Shown: positions 8,500 to 18,708 of the stretch, piece by piece
How the letters are laid out: each line of letters opens with the position of its first letter
Numbering within the stretch: the first letter of the stretch is position 1
Notes under the pieces: generated by a model
What the model was told of the DNA's origin: nothing
Databases searched by the model: none
What the model saw: the letters and a program-made list of their open reading frames with translations, nothing else
Translations under genes and position numbers: made by a program
Assembly (NCBI GenBank): GCA_965224085.1
Contig: CBDCYI010000005.1
Span: 1,152,001 to 1,216,000, forward strand
Length of the DNA stretch: 64,000 nt
Direction of reading: 5' to 3'
Source of the DNA: Candidatus Marinacidobacterales bacterium
GTDB taxonomy: Bacteria > Acidobacteriota > Vicinamibacteria > Marinacidobacterales > SMYC01

Positions 8500-10144
8500 C
8501 CGCCTTGTCCTTTCTTTTCGCGTGATGACGATTCGACTTCATGCTAGACGCCCGGACGACGCCCTGTCAAACCGCGAACGCCCGTAACCTTATGACTGCG
8601 CGCCGCTTTGACATTCCTCGGTGCCAGTGCGACAATGCTTGAAACTCTCCCGCGGGACCCCTCTCGACAACGTGTATTCGGGGTTTCGTCGCCTGGTTCG
8701 ACGATCGAGACATGGATTTCCTGAAGAGCTTCCTTCCAGCGCCCGTCGTAGACGTTCTGCTGGTCATCATCGTCGTCTACGTCGCCATCAAGAAAGGGAT
8801 CCAAAAGCTTCAGGACACTGGCCACTGGGACCGCCTCCTCGAAAAGCTTCCCGGGGCCGAGCAGCTCCAGCTTCGGCGCTTCGAGGGGGAGATCAAACGG
8901 CTCGAAAAAGGGGGTGACCTCGCGGGGGCGGCACGCCTCTACGAAGAGGCGGAGTGGTACCCCGAGGCCATCAACATGTATATCCAAGCCGAGGAATACA
9001 ATTCCGCCGCCGCGCTCCACGAGGAGCTCGAGCAGTGGGAGCGCGCGGCCGACATGTACTTCCAAGGAGAAGATTGGAAACGCGCTGCGCAAATGCTCGT
9101 GAAAGTCGGCAAACATGCTGAAGCTGCCAAACACTACGAGCAGCACGGACAGAAGATCGACGCCGCCAAGCTCTACTTCGACGCAGCTCTCTACGACAAA
9201 GCCGCCGAGCTCTACGAAGACGTCTCCTATTTTCCGCAAGCCGCGAAGTGCTTCGAGAAGCTCGGGGAACATGTCAAAGCAGCCCAGAACTACGAGCAGC
9301 AGTGGTCAGCATCGAGTTCCGCTGGAGGTGGGGGGCTCATCGCCGCAGGCTCCGATCGAGAATCCAGGATCGCCCTGCACGCGGGAAAGCTCTACGAGAA
9401 AGGTGGCGCGCCCGAGCGGGCCGCCGAGCTCTACAAGCGAGCCGGTCTCTCGCAGCAGGCGGCGGAGCTCGCCGCCAAGGAGGGTCGCTACCTGGACGCC
9501 GCGGAGATGCTCCTCAAAGAGGAGAACCTGAAAGGCGCGGCCGAGATGTTCGAAAAAGCCGGTAAGAACGAGCGGGCGGCCCTATTGCACGGAGAGATCG
9601 CCTTTCACGCCGGAGATAACGCCGCGGCCGCCGACCATTTCCTCAAAGGCGGTGACAATCCGCGTGCCGCGGAGCTCTACGAATCCGTGGGCGATCTGGA
9701 AGGGGCCGCGCGATGCTATGAGAAAGGCGACGCGCCTCTACAAGCGGCAGGGGTTTATCTGCGTGCTGGCGAGAAACAAAAAGCCGCTGTGATGTTTGAG
9801 GAAGGGGGCGACCGCGAGCAGGCCGCGAAGCTCTACGACGAGATCAAGGACTACTCGAAGGCCTCTGAGCTCTACGAACAGAGCGGACGCTTTTGCGAAG
9901 CAGGCAAGCTGGCAAAGCAGCAAGGCGACGGCGACCGCGCCATTCAGCTGCTGCAGCAGATCGACGGAAGCCACGATCACTATGACGACGCCACGCTCGT
10001 GCTAGCGCGCTTGTTCATCGAGAAGAACATGCCCGCGCTCGCCGTGGACAAGCTCGAGTGATGGGATGGACTCCTCCGCTGACATAGACGGCATCGATGT
10101 GCCAAAGTCAGTCGAAAGAACGCATCGAAAAAGGAGGAGTCCGA

Positions 10145-11179
10145 ATGAAAGATACGACGATCGCTGTGGATCTTGCAAAGAACGTCTTCGAGATTGCCAT
10201 CTCGCGCGAAGCGGGGAAGGTGTCCAAGCAACTCCGTGTGAGTCGACCCAAGTTGGTGTCGTTTTTTGCGAAACAGAGCGCTGCCACCGTGCTTCTTGAA
10301 GCCTGCGGCTCGGCTCACTTCTGGGCAAGGACGTTGCAACGGTTGGGACACGACGTCGTCCTGCTCCCACCTCACCTCGTAAGGCCGTATCGACGCGGGA
10401 GCAAGAACGACCGCGCGGACACCAAAGCTTTGCTCGAGGCTTACCGGAACGAGGAGATTCTTTCGGTGCCCATCAAGTCCGTGCGCCAGCACACCCTCGC
10501 CGCGCTCCATCGCCTACGCTCAGGATGGCTCTCCACACGGACCGCACGCATCAATGCCGTACGCGGGATCCTGCGCGAGCTCGGACTCTTCATCCCCAAG
10601 GGCGCTCACTTCGTCGTGCCCGCCATCTCCGAGCTCGTCGAAGACGCTGATTCTGATTTGCCCGACGTGCTCCGTCCGCACCTGCGTGATGCGTGCTCCG
10701 AGATTCGAGAGCTCAAGGACAAGTGCGCTGGCATCGAGCACGAGCTCAAGGCGCTCGCCAAGCAGCTTCCTGAGGTGCAACGACTTCTCACCATTCCCGG
10801 CATCGGACTTCTGACCGCGACCGCCATCGTCGGCTTCGTTGGGGATCTGCGCCGCTTCCCATCGGGACGCCGCTTCTCGAGTTACCTCGGCCTCGTTCCC
10901 AAAGAGAACTCCAGTGGTGACATTCGCCGCCTCGGGCGCATCACCAAGCGTGGCGACTCCTACCTCCGTACGCTCCTCACGCAGGGCGGACGCGCCGTGC
11001 TCCGAGCGGCCAACGTCAGCAAGAGCCCGCCCGACAAGCTCCGCGCCTGGGCGCGGAAGGTCCACCGCTCGCGGGGACACAACAAAGCCGCGATTGCTGT
11101 CGCCAACAAACTCGCCCGGATAGTCTGGGCCGTCTCCACCCGCGAGAGTGAATTCCAGTCGGTGCCCGCGGCCGCATAG
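10145..11179 (+). CDS. IS110-family transposase (DEDD RuvC + Tnp serine domain)
   Basis: AAGGAGG RBS; AVDLAK, LEACG, KNDRAD, TIPGIG, YLGLVP..SSG, GRITKRG, AVANKLAR. Confidence 0.95.
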   Translation: MKDTTIAVDLAKNVFEIAISREAGKVSKQLRVSRPKLVSFFAKQSAATVLLEACGSAHFWARTLQRLGHDVVLLPPHLVRPYRRGSKNDRADTKALLEAYRNEEILSVPIKSVRQHTLAALHRLRSGWLSTRTARINAVRGILRELGLFIPKGAHFVVPAISELVEDADSDLPDVLRPHLRDACSEIRELKDKCAGIEHELKALAKQLPEVQRLLTIPGIGLLTATAIVGFVGDLRRFPSGRRFSSYLGLVPKENSSGDIRRLGRITKRGDSYLRTLLTQGGRAVLRAANVSKSPPDKLRAWARKVHRSRGHNKAAIAVANKLARIVWAVSTRESEFQSVPAAA

Positions 11180-11243
11180 AGGCTCCACTTTCGTGTTTTC
11201 CTTCTTCCCTTCCAACAGAGGCTGCGACGATACCCATCCAACT

Positions 11244-11587
11244 GATGGCGTACCGGTCGGACCGGCGCGGGGTCAAGCCGATAGCAACACTGGCCCTCAG
11301 AGGTCGCTCAAAGTGATTGGCTCCTCGCGCGCGGATTTTCCGTCATGGCCCGGAGCACCCAAGACGCTCCTCACTGAGGCCGTAGATATGTTTGCAGTCT
11401 GACCCACTCGTCACCGATGGCGTACCGGTCGGACCGGCGCGGGGTCAAGCCGATAGCAACACTGGCCCTCAGAGGTCGCTCAAAGTGATTGGCTCCTCGC
11501 GCGCGGATTTTCCGTCATGGCCCGGAGCACCCAAGACGCTCCTCACTGAGGCCGTAGATATGTTTGCAGTCTGACCCACTCGTCACC
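11244..11587 (+). ncRNA. putative seekRNA/bridge-RNA region, two identical tandem 172-bp copies
   Basis: copies at 11244-11415 and 11416-11587, downstream of the IS1111-type transposase; contain tagcaac (complement of target flank) and agatatg (donor junction). Confidence 0.65.
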
Positions 11588-11605
11588 GATTTGGACGAGC
11601 AGCTC

Positions 11606-11743
11606 TGAGGAAGACTTTTTTGAGAAAGGTGTTGATTGAGGAGTCCAGATATGAGGAAGACTTTTTTGAGAAAGGTGTTGATTGAGGAGTCCAGATATGA
11701 GGAAGACTTTTTTGAGAAAGGTGTTGATTGAGGAGTCCAGATA
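11606..11743. repeat. 3 x 46-bp perfect tandem repeat of the IS right end
   Basis: tgaggaagacttttttgagaaaggtgttgattgaggagtccagata at 11606, 11652 and 11698. Confidence 0.95.
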
Positions 11744-12810
11744 CGGTTGCTAGGTGGCCTACAAATCAGCGGCAAGACCCTCGAGCACTTCTACTGTCTT
11801 GGACGCGCTTTCGAAGAACTCGGCAAGACATCCCAGGCGATCGACACATTCCGGAAAGTGCTGACCGAGCGCTACGGCTACGAGGATGTGGAGCAGCGTA
11901 TCGCCCGTTTGAGCGCACTTGGCGCCGACGCCGAGCCGCCGACCCAAGCGGCTCCTCCGACCCAACCCGCACCTCCTTCGGCCCAACCCGCACCTCCTGC
12001 GGCTCCTCCGGCCCAACCCGCACCTCCTGCGGCACCCGTCGTGCCGCGGCAAGCAGAAGCGTCGTCTCCTATTAAGCTCGGCGAGCTTCTTGGAAAGGGG
12101 CTTCTCGGAACCACCCACAAAGGAATCGATACCCGCAATCAGAGCCCCGTCATCGTCAAGCTTCTACGCCAGGACCTGATCGCAAACCAGAGCATCCTGC
12201 AGCAGTTCATCGCGGAGGCCAAGCTCGCCCGAAGCCTCGAACATCCGATTCTCGTCCGCTTGCTCGGCCTCATCCAAGTTCGCGGCACGCGGGCCGCCGT
12301 CACGGAGTACGTGGACGGGTTCAGCTTGTCCACGTTCCTCGAGCGCAATAAACGCGTTTCGGTCAAACAGGGGATGGATCTTCTTACTACATTGGCAGCC
12401 GCGATCAATTACGCGCATGATAGAAAACTCCTTCATCGTGATTTGAAGCTCACCAACATCTTGATCGGAGCGAGCGGAAAGCTCAAGCTCACCGGGTTCG
12501 GCATGGGCGCGCTGAGGGTGGCTCAGCTCGGAAGAGCGGATGGCTACCCGGCCCCGGAGTTTCTGAGCGGCGCCGCCATCGGCCCTCGATCCGACATCTA
12601 CTCCCTGGGCGCCGTCATCTTCCACGCCTTAACGGGCGACAACCCAGCGAGCGAAGAGGCCTCCAAGAACGGGGTGCCGCCGCTCCGACAGCTATGTCCC
12701 GACGCGTCTGCGACATTCGAGCAAGTTCTCGCGCGTTGCCTCACAAACGACCCCGCCGGCCGCTTCGCGTCAGCTCAAGAAGTTATCGTCGCTCTCCAAG
12801 CCGCCCCTGC

Positions 12811-12865
12811 CTAGTCCCTGTAAGGGCCCGAGATATATGTGACGAACCACGAATACAGGGACTAG
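12811..12865. mobile_element. 55-bp CTAG-bounded miniature inverted-repeat element
   Basis: perfect 12-bp inverted repeat ctagtccctgta / tacagggactag; its left TAG is the kinase stop codon. Confidence 0.65.
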
Positions 12866-12885
12866 CAGGCTGTTATAGTCGGCGC

Positions 12886-13542
12886 GTGGCGATATGCTGG
12901 TCTTGCAACAAAGTCAGAGGAAAACGCGCCTGTCCCGCTCACGGTGGCGAGCCCATCTGCTCCAAATGCTGCGGCACGAAGCGGCAACTTGAGATCCAGT
13001 GTCCGAGCGATTGCATTTATCTGAAGGGCGCCGACGCCGGCTGGCGGTCGGCGTCGCGCCAAAAAGAGGAGGCGCGCTTCATCGCCTGTTTTTTCCAGCT
13101 GAGTGAGCCGCAGCTCGTTTTCTCCCTTTTCGTCCACCATCTCATCTTCTCGGCCGGTACGAGATTCGTATCCCTCTCGGATGACGAGCTCGAGGACGTC
13201 CTCAGGACCGCGCGCAAGACGCTCGAGACCTTCACAAAAGGCATCGTCTACAGCCATCCCGCGCGCTCGCCTGGGCTCGAAAAGCTCGCCGATTGGCTGG
13301 CCAAGCTTCTCTCGGAACGCGCCCAAATCCAGAGCGCTCCGGAAGCCTCGGACGCCGATGTCGTCCAAGTGCTGCAAACGATCGAACGGGCCGTCGAAGT
13401 ACATGCCGCGCACGGGGCAAAACGCGGCAGCTATCTCGAGCTCGCAGGGCAGGTATTCGCGTCAAGCCTCGAAGGGGCTCCGCCCCTCGAGCTCCCGAGC
13501 GAGCTCGACGAGCCGCCCGGTGGCTTGATTGTGACGCCTTGA
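12886..13542 (+). CDS. hypothetical protein with N-terminal Cys-rich zinc-finger-like domain
   Basis: CWSC..KRACPA..ICSKCCG..R..CPSDCIYL. Confidence 0.75.
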   Translation: MAICWSCNKVRGKRACPAHGGEPICSKCCGTKRQLEIQCPSDCIYLKGADAGWRSASRQKEEARFIACFFQLSEPQLVFSLFVHHLIFSAGTRFVSLSDDELEDVLRTARKTLETFTKGIVYSHPARSPGLEKLADWLAKLLSERAQIQSAPEASDADVVQVLQTIERAVEVHAAHGAKRGSYLELAGQVFASSLEGAPPLELPSELDEPPGGLIVTP

Positions 13543-13607
13543 GGCGCGCGATCTGGGATATACTAAAGTACACTCTTTCTTCTTAACTTCCTGCAGCGAG
13601 GCGGGCC

Positions 13608-15727
13608 TTGGTCGAGATCAGTCATCGTGAACGGGTAGTTCGGGCCAAAATCATTTACTACGGTCCGGCGGCCGGCGGCAAGACGACGAACCTCGTCGTA
13701 TTGCACCGTCGAGCCAACCCGAAACGTCGCGGAGAAATGGTCTCGGTCAACTCGACCCAGGACCGGACGATTCTTCTCGATCTGCTCCCAATGAAGACGC
13801 CCGCTTTTCGCGGCTACGAGCTCCGATTCCAGGTCATCGCCGTTCCGGGGCAGAGAATGTACGCGGCGAGCCGGAAGCTGCTTTTGAACGGGGCCGACGC
13901 CGTCGTTTTCGTCGCCAACTCGGCCGCGGATCGCTGGGAAGAAACCATTCGTAGCCTGCGCGAGATGAATCAGAACCTGCTCGCGCATGGTCTCGACCCG
14001 ACGACGATTCCTGTCATCTATCAATACAATAAGAGGGACCTCCCGGAGGTCACGCCGCTCGGAGCGATGGACCGTACGCTGAATGCGCGTAAAACGAAGA
14101 GCTTTCCGGCCGTCGCGATCCGAGAGGAAGGCGTTCTCGCTACCTTCGCCGCCGCTTTGGAGCTGACGATGGACGACATCGCGACACGCTTCAAGCTCGG
14201 CGCCAACCTGCGAAACGCGCGCTCCGTCGACGAGTGGACCGCCGAGTCGATGCGCGCCATGTTCGCCTGGCGGTCAAGTGATTCCGATGAGTTCGGCGAC
14301 CCAGACGCAGCCGCCTCCAAAATGGCGGCACACCCGCGCCACCAACTCCTGAAGCCGACATCGAGCCACTGCCACGTGTCGCGGTCAAGGTGCCTGTCGC
14401 TCGCTCGGTGGAAGGTGCCACTTCGCCTTCCGCTGTGACACCCGCGAGCGATCCACAGGCTGCCGAGGCGCTCGTCGACAGCTACGCCCAGGCCGCAGCG
14501 GAACTGACTTCCGCCCTCGAGGACATGCGCGATCAGCGCGACCTCGTGGACAAACAATTGACGGATGTCGACGCTCCGGCTCGAGCGTCCCAAGCGCTGC
14601 TGGGGGGCACGCCTCCCGACGAAGTCTTGAGAGCGCTCGTCATGCAGCTCGCCGAAGCCTTCGGTGCGGTCAGCGGGTCGCTCTCCTTGATCCGCCACGA
14701 CGGCGAGCTGCAACCCGTCGTGCTGCACGGCCTTCAGCGCGAGCCGCTCGTTTCGATGGCCGACGAGTCCCAACGCCCACTCGGCAAGGCACTCGCCGAA
14801 GGCGCAAAGTCGCTCGTGTTCATGATGGGGGATCCGGGCCCGCTCGCTCAGGTTTTGGAGCGAAGCGGTGGCAAGCTCACAGCGATCGTGGCGATCCCCG
14901 TCAGAACGTCCCGTCAACAACTCGGGCTCTTGAGTTTCTATTTGCCCCCGGAGACGGCGCCTCCGCGCGCCGACGCCATCGATCATCTTGACAAATTGGG
15001 CCGTGCCGTCGCCGCCGTTCTCGAGCTCGCCGCGGGAGACTTGGCCAAAGATCGCCTCGCTCAAGCCGAGCGTTACGCTCTTATCGGCCGGCTCGCCGAG
15101 CAAGCCATCGTAGAGATGGGGCCCCCTCTCGACCGGCTGTTTTCGACTTTGGGTCGGCTGCGAACGCAGCCAGAAGGTCCGGATTGGCTCGGAAACGAGC
15201 TTTTGGGCATGGGAAAAGAGCTGTCCCGAACGAAACGTTTTCGCGACGCGGTCCTCGAGTTCATGGTCGGCCAGCCGCCGGCGATGGATCTCATTTCGCT
15301 CGGTCCCGTTTTCCGGAGCGTCCGCGCGTGGACCGCGGATAGCCTCGAGCGTCACGCCGTGCGCTTCGAGACGACGGAGCTCGCACCGACGGATCGGGTT
15401 CGAGCCGACGCGTTTTTACTTCGCTCCGCGCTCTCGGCGCTTGTCGAGCGCGCCGAGCACGACTTGAGCGGACATAATGGCGGCCTCATCCGACTCTCCG
15501 CCCACATCGAAGAGGGCAAAGCGTATATCCAAGTCACCGACAACGTGGCCCGCGTCCGTCAAACGCGAGACGGCGGCGAAGAATATGTCGCCTGGGCGCT
15601 CGATCGCAACGGGGCGAGCTGGCCTATGTCCTTCGTGAGTAATGTCGTCGAATATTTTCAAGGCGAGTGGACCTCCGCCGCCACCGAGCAGGGCAACGAG
15701 CTCACGCTGATTCTTCCGGCGCAATAA
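13608..15727 (+). CDS. MglA-like small GTPase fused to GAF and degenerate histidine-kinase-like domains (frameshift near 14320)
   Basis: KIIYYGPAAGGKTTNL, DRT.LLDL, VPGQ, ADAVVFVA, QYNKRDLP; one extra A in the run at 14319-14322 joins it to ORF 14390-15727. Confidence 0.75.
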
Positions 15728-15840
15728 CCATCCTTCGTCAACCGCCGGACGCAAAAGCTTCCGCGCGACTATAGGCGCTACCCTTGCCGCGACTCTCTAA
15801 CGTGGCGTAACATGGACGCGGCAATTCTTTTCAGGCCCTC

Positions 15841-18708
15841 ATGAGTGATTCCTTTTTTCGACGTGTGCTCGGCTCGGTAGTGACGTTTCGCGAAGGCGAG
15901 GCGGGTACCGGGGTCCTCATGTTCATCTATTCCTTCCTGGTAATGACCGCCTACAACATTATCAAACCTTCTGCGGCTTCGACGTTCATTGCCGACGTGG
16001 GCGCGAGATATGTGCCCTACGCGTTTCTCATCGCGGGCGTTTCGATAGGCTTCATTCTGAACTATTACGGCCGCGCCGTAGGCAGGATTCCGAAGGCCTG
16101 GGTATTGCCGGGCACCCAACTCGTCCTCATTCCGCTCCTAGTCGGTTTCTGGTTTCTCTTCAGCCTCGACCAGCCCTGGATGTCCGCACCCATCACCGCC
16201 ATTCCGCGCCTTCCGGCGATGGAAGAGGCGTGGACGGCGTCCAAGCTGCTCTCGGCGGCGTTTTTTTTCTTCGGGCGCCTCCTCCTAGGGATCTTCCTGA
16301 TCAGCCAATTCTGGACGCTGGCGAACGACATCTACGATCCGCGGCAAGCGAAGCGAGTCTTTGGCTTCATTGGGGCAGGCGCGACGGTCGGGGGCATGAT
16401 GGGCTCAGGGCTCACGTCGCTCCTCTCCGTGCCGCTCGGCACCGTGAACCTCATCTTGCTCAGCGCCGGAATCCTCGCGGTTTGTTTCGTTCTCGTACTC
16501 CAGATCCAAAAACGATCGGCGATCGAGACGGACGCCTCGTTCGAAGTCAAGGACACCGTGGGCGGCGGCGAGGCAGTGGCGATGCTGCGCCAATCGAAAC
16601 ACTTGCAGCTCATCGCTCTCATCATCGGCTTTGGCGCGCTCGGTGCGGCCACGCTCGAGCAACAACTTTACCTGGTCTCGGAAGCCCAAGGCGACAACCT
16701 CGACGGCATCACAAGTTTTCTAGCGTCGATCACTTTCTATATCTCTTTCATCGGCCTCGCCATTCAAGTCTATTTCACACCCCGCATCTACAAGATATTC
16801 GGAATCGGCGTTGCGTTGGCGCTTCTACCGGTAAGCTTAACCGCGACCGCTATTCTCGTCATTTTCAACCAAGGGCTCTGGACTTCGGCCGTCGCTCGCG
16901 TCACCGATGGCTCGCTCCGCTACAGTATCGACAAGACGACGCGCGAGACGCTTTTTCTGCCTCTCCCGGCCAATATCAAGCTGAAAGCGAAGTCCTTCGT
17001 CGACGTGGTCGCGGACCGTTTCATTGGCAAAGGCCTCGGCTCGATCATCCTCCTGGTGGCGCTGAACGTTTTCGGCGCGGCGTGGTGGCAGTTGAGCTAC
17101 CTGATTCTCGGCTATGCCGGCCTATGGCTCATCCTGACGCGTCTTGCCAAGCGTGAATACATGGCCACGTTTCGACGCAGCATCGAGACGCTGTCACTCG
17201 AGCCCGAAAGGCTCTCGCCCCAATCGGGCGACTTGGCGACGGTGGAGACCCTCGTGGAGGAGCTCGGAAGTCCGGACGCCCAGCGAGTGCTGCGCTCGAT
17301 CGAGCTTCTCGAAGCGCTCGAGAAACACAACTTGATTACACCGCTCCTGCTCCATCACGACTCTCCCGAAGTACGCTCGCGCGCCCTCGAGGCCATCCAA
17401 AACGCGCGCCCCGAGCTCGTGCAACGCTGGCTGCCTTCGGTCGAGCAATCTCTGAAAGACGAGGATCCCGGCGTGCGCGCCGCCGCCGTAGAGGTGTTGG
17501 CCTCCGTCCACAACCGAGATGCCCGCGAGATGATGCGGCCTTATCTCGAGGACAGCGACCCGCGTATCGTCGCGACGGCCGCGGTCGCGCTCGCCGAAAG
17601 CGACGAGGAGGCCGACCGACGGGTCGCGGAAGAAACGATCGTGCGGCTCACTTCCGACGGTCGCGAATCGGCGGTCCCGGCTCGGCGGGAAGCCGCGCGC
17701 GCCATCACCCGCACGACGGACCCTCGTTTCCGGCGGCTCCTGATCCCGCTCTTGAACGATCCGGATATCTCTGTCGCGCGCGAAGCCATAAGAAGCGCGC
17801 GCCTTTTGGACGACGCTGATCTGCTCTTCGTGCCGGCACTCGTTTCACTCCTGGGAGACCGGCGTCTCAAGAACACGGCGCGTAACGTCTTGGTGAGCTA
17901 CGGCGAGGAAGTGATTCCGACCCTCGCGTTTTTTCTCCATGACGATAACGAAGACCCATGGGTGCGCCGCCACATTCCCGGGACGCTCGCGGCCATTCCC
18001 TCGGAGGCCTCGGTCGCCGCGCTCTCAGGATGCCTCGGGACGGAAGACGGCTTCATACGGTTCAAGGCCATCAAGGCGCTCGAGACGGTGCGGCGCGATA
18101 ACTCCAGGCTCGCCATCGAGGCCAAGCTCATCGAAGCGCTCCTCGAGAAAGAGACCCATCATTACTATCGCTACCTCGGTATCGACTACGACCTGTTCGA
18201 AAGAGGCGGATTGTCGCGGGATTTCCTGCTGAGCCAGGCGGCGAAAGAAAAGCTCGAGCGCGGCATGGATCGCGCGTTCCGACTCCTCAGCCTCTTGTAC
18301 GACTGGGGGGACATCCGAGCCGCGCGATGGGCCATCGAGCGAGGCGCCCCGCGCGATCGCGCGAGCGCCATCGAGTTTCTCGACAACACGCTGTCGAGCA
18401 ACTTGCGAAAAACGTTTCTCCCTTTGATTGACGAAGGCCCGCTTGAGGAGAAAGTGCGCAAGGGCAACGTCCTCCTCAGGACCAGAGTTCGGAATGTCGA
18501 AGAGGCTTTGACGCGCCTCATCTACGACGAAGACGTCGTTATCGCCGCGACCGCCATCGACTTGGTGCGCGAGCTGAAACTCTGGTCGCTAGCGAACGAC
18601 CTAACGAAAGTTCTGGAATTTCGAGATGCGCGCGATTTTGCCGTGTTCGAATCGGCATCCGAAGCGCTCGCTGCTTATCATCTGAGCGAGAGCCCGCATG
18701 CAGTTTGA
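15841..18708 (+). CDS. Npt1/Npt2 (NTT/TLC-like) MFS transporter fused to HEAT repeats
   Basis: multiple TM helices, FWTLANDIYDPRQAKRVFGFIGAG, LRYSIDKTTRE, KAKSFVD; C-terminal HEAT repeats (DEDPGVRAAAVEVL). Confidence 0.85.
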   Translation: MSDSFFRRVLGSVVTFREGEAGTGVLMFIYSFLVMTAYNIIKPSAASTFIADVGARYVPYAFLIAGVSIGFILNYYGRAVGRIPKAWVLPGTQLVLIPLLVGFWFLFSLDQPWMSAPITAIPRLPAMEEAWTASKLLSAAFFFFGRLLLGIFLISQFWTLANDIYDPRQAKRVFGFIGAGATVGGMMGSGLTSLLSVPLGTVNLILLSAGILAVCFVLVLQIQKRSAIETDASFEVKDTVGGGEAVAMLRQSKHLQLIALIIGFGALGAATLEQQLYLVSEAQGDNLDGITSFLASITFYISFIGLAIQVYFTPRIYKIFGIGVALALLPVSLTATAILVIFNQGLWTSAVARVTDGSLRYSIDKTTRETLFLPLPANIKLKAKSFVDVVADRFIGKGLGSIILLVALNVFGAAWWQLSYLILGYAGLWLILTRLAKREYMATFRRSIETLSLEPERLSPQSGDLATVETLVEELGSPDAQRVLRSIELLEALEKHNLITPLLLHHDSPEVRSRALEAIQNARPELVQRWLPSVEQSLKDEDPGVRAAAVEVLASVHNRDAREMMRPYLEDSDPRIVATAAVALAESDEEADRRVAEETIVRLTSDGRESAVPARREAARAITRTTDPRFRRLLIPLLNDPDISVAREAIRSARLLDDADLLFVPALVSLLGDRRLKNTARNVLVSYGEEVIPTLAFFLHDDNEDPWVRRHIPGTLAAIPSEASVAALSGCLGTEDGFIRFKAIKALETVRRDNSRLAIEAKLIEALLEKETHHYYRYLGIDYDLFERGGLSRDFLLSQAAKEKLERGMDRAFRLLSLLYDWGDIRAARWAIERGAPRDRASAIEFLDNTLSSNLRKTFLPLIDEGPLEEKVRKGNVLLRTRVRNVEEALTRLIYDEDVVIAATAIDLVRELKLWSLANDLTKVLEFRDARDFAVFESASEALAAYHLSESPHAV

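Larger units (their letters stand above)
10059..11743 (+). mobile_element. IS110-family element, IS1111 type
   Basis: sub-terminal inverted repeats atggactcctc / gaggagtccag lie 7 nt and 3 nt inside the ends; no target duplication; long non-coding right end. Confidence 0.9.
8712..12814 (+). pseudogene. membrane-anchored TPR-repeat Ser/Thr kinase-like gene interrupted by IS110
   Basis: 8712-10058 (TM helix + TPR-like repeats) and 11744-12814 (TPR, Pro-rich linker, kinase HRDLKLTN) join in frame (DKLE|RLLGG) when 10059-11743 is removed, giving about 805 aa. Confidence 0.88.

Noticed and set aside
10059-10061. TGA ending the TPR ORF as a Sec or read-through codon
   Set aside because: It is the first three bases of the IS110 element.
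11606-11743. Possible CRISPR array
   Set aside because: The repeats are contiguous with no spacers, there are no cas genes, and the unit is the IS right end.
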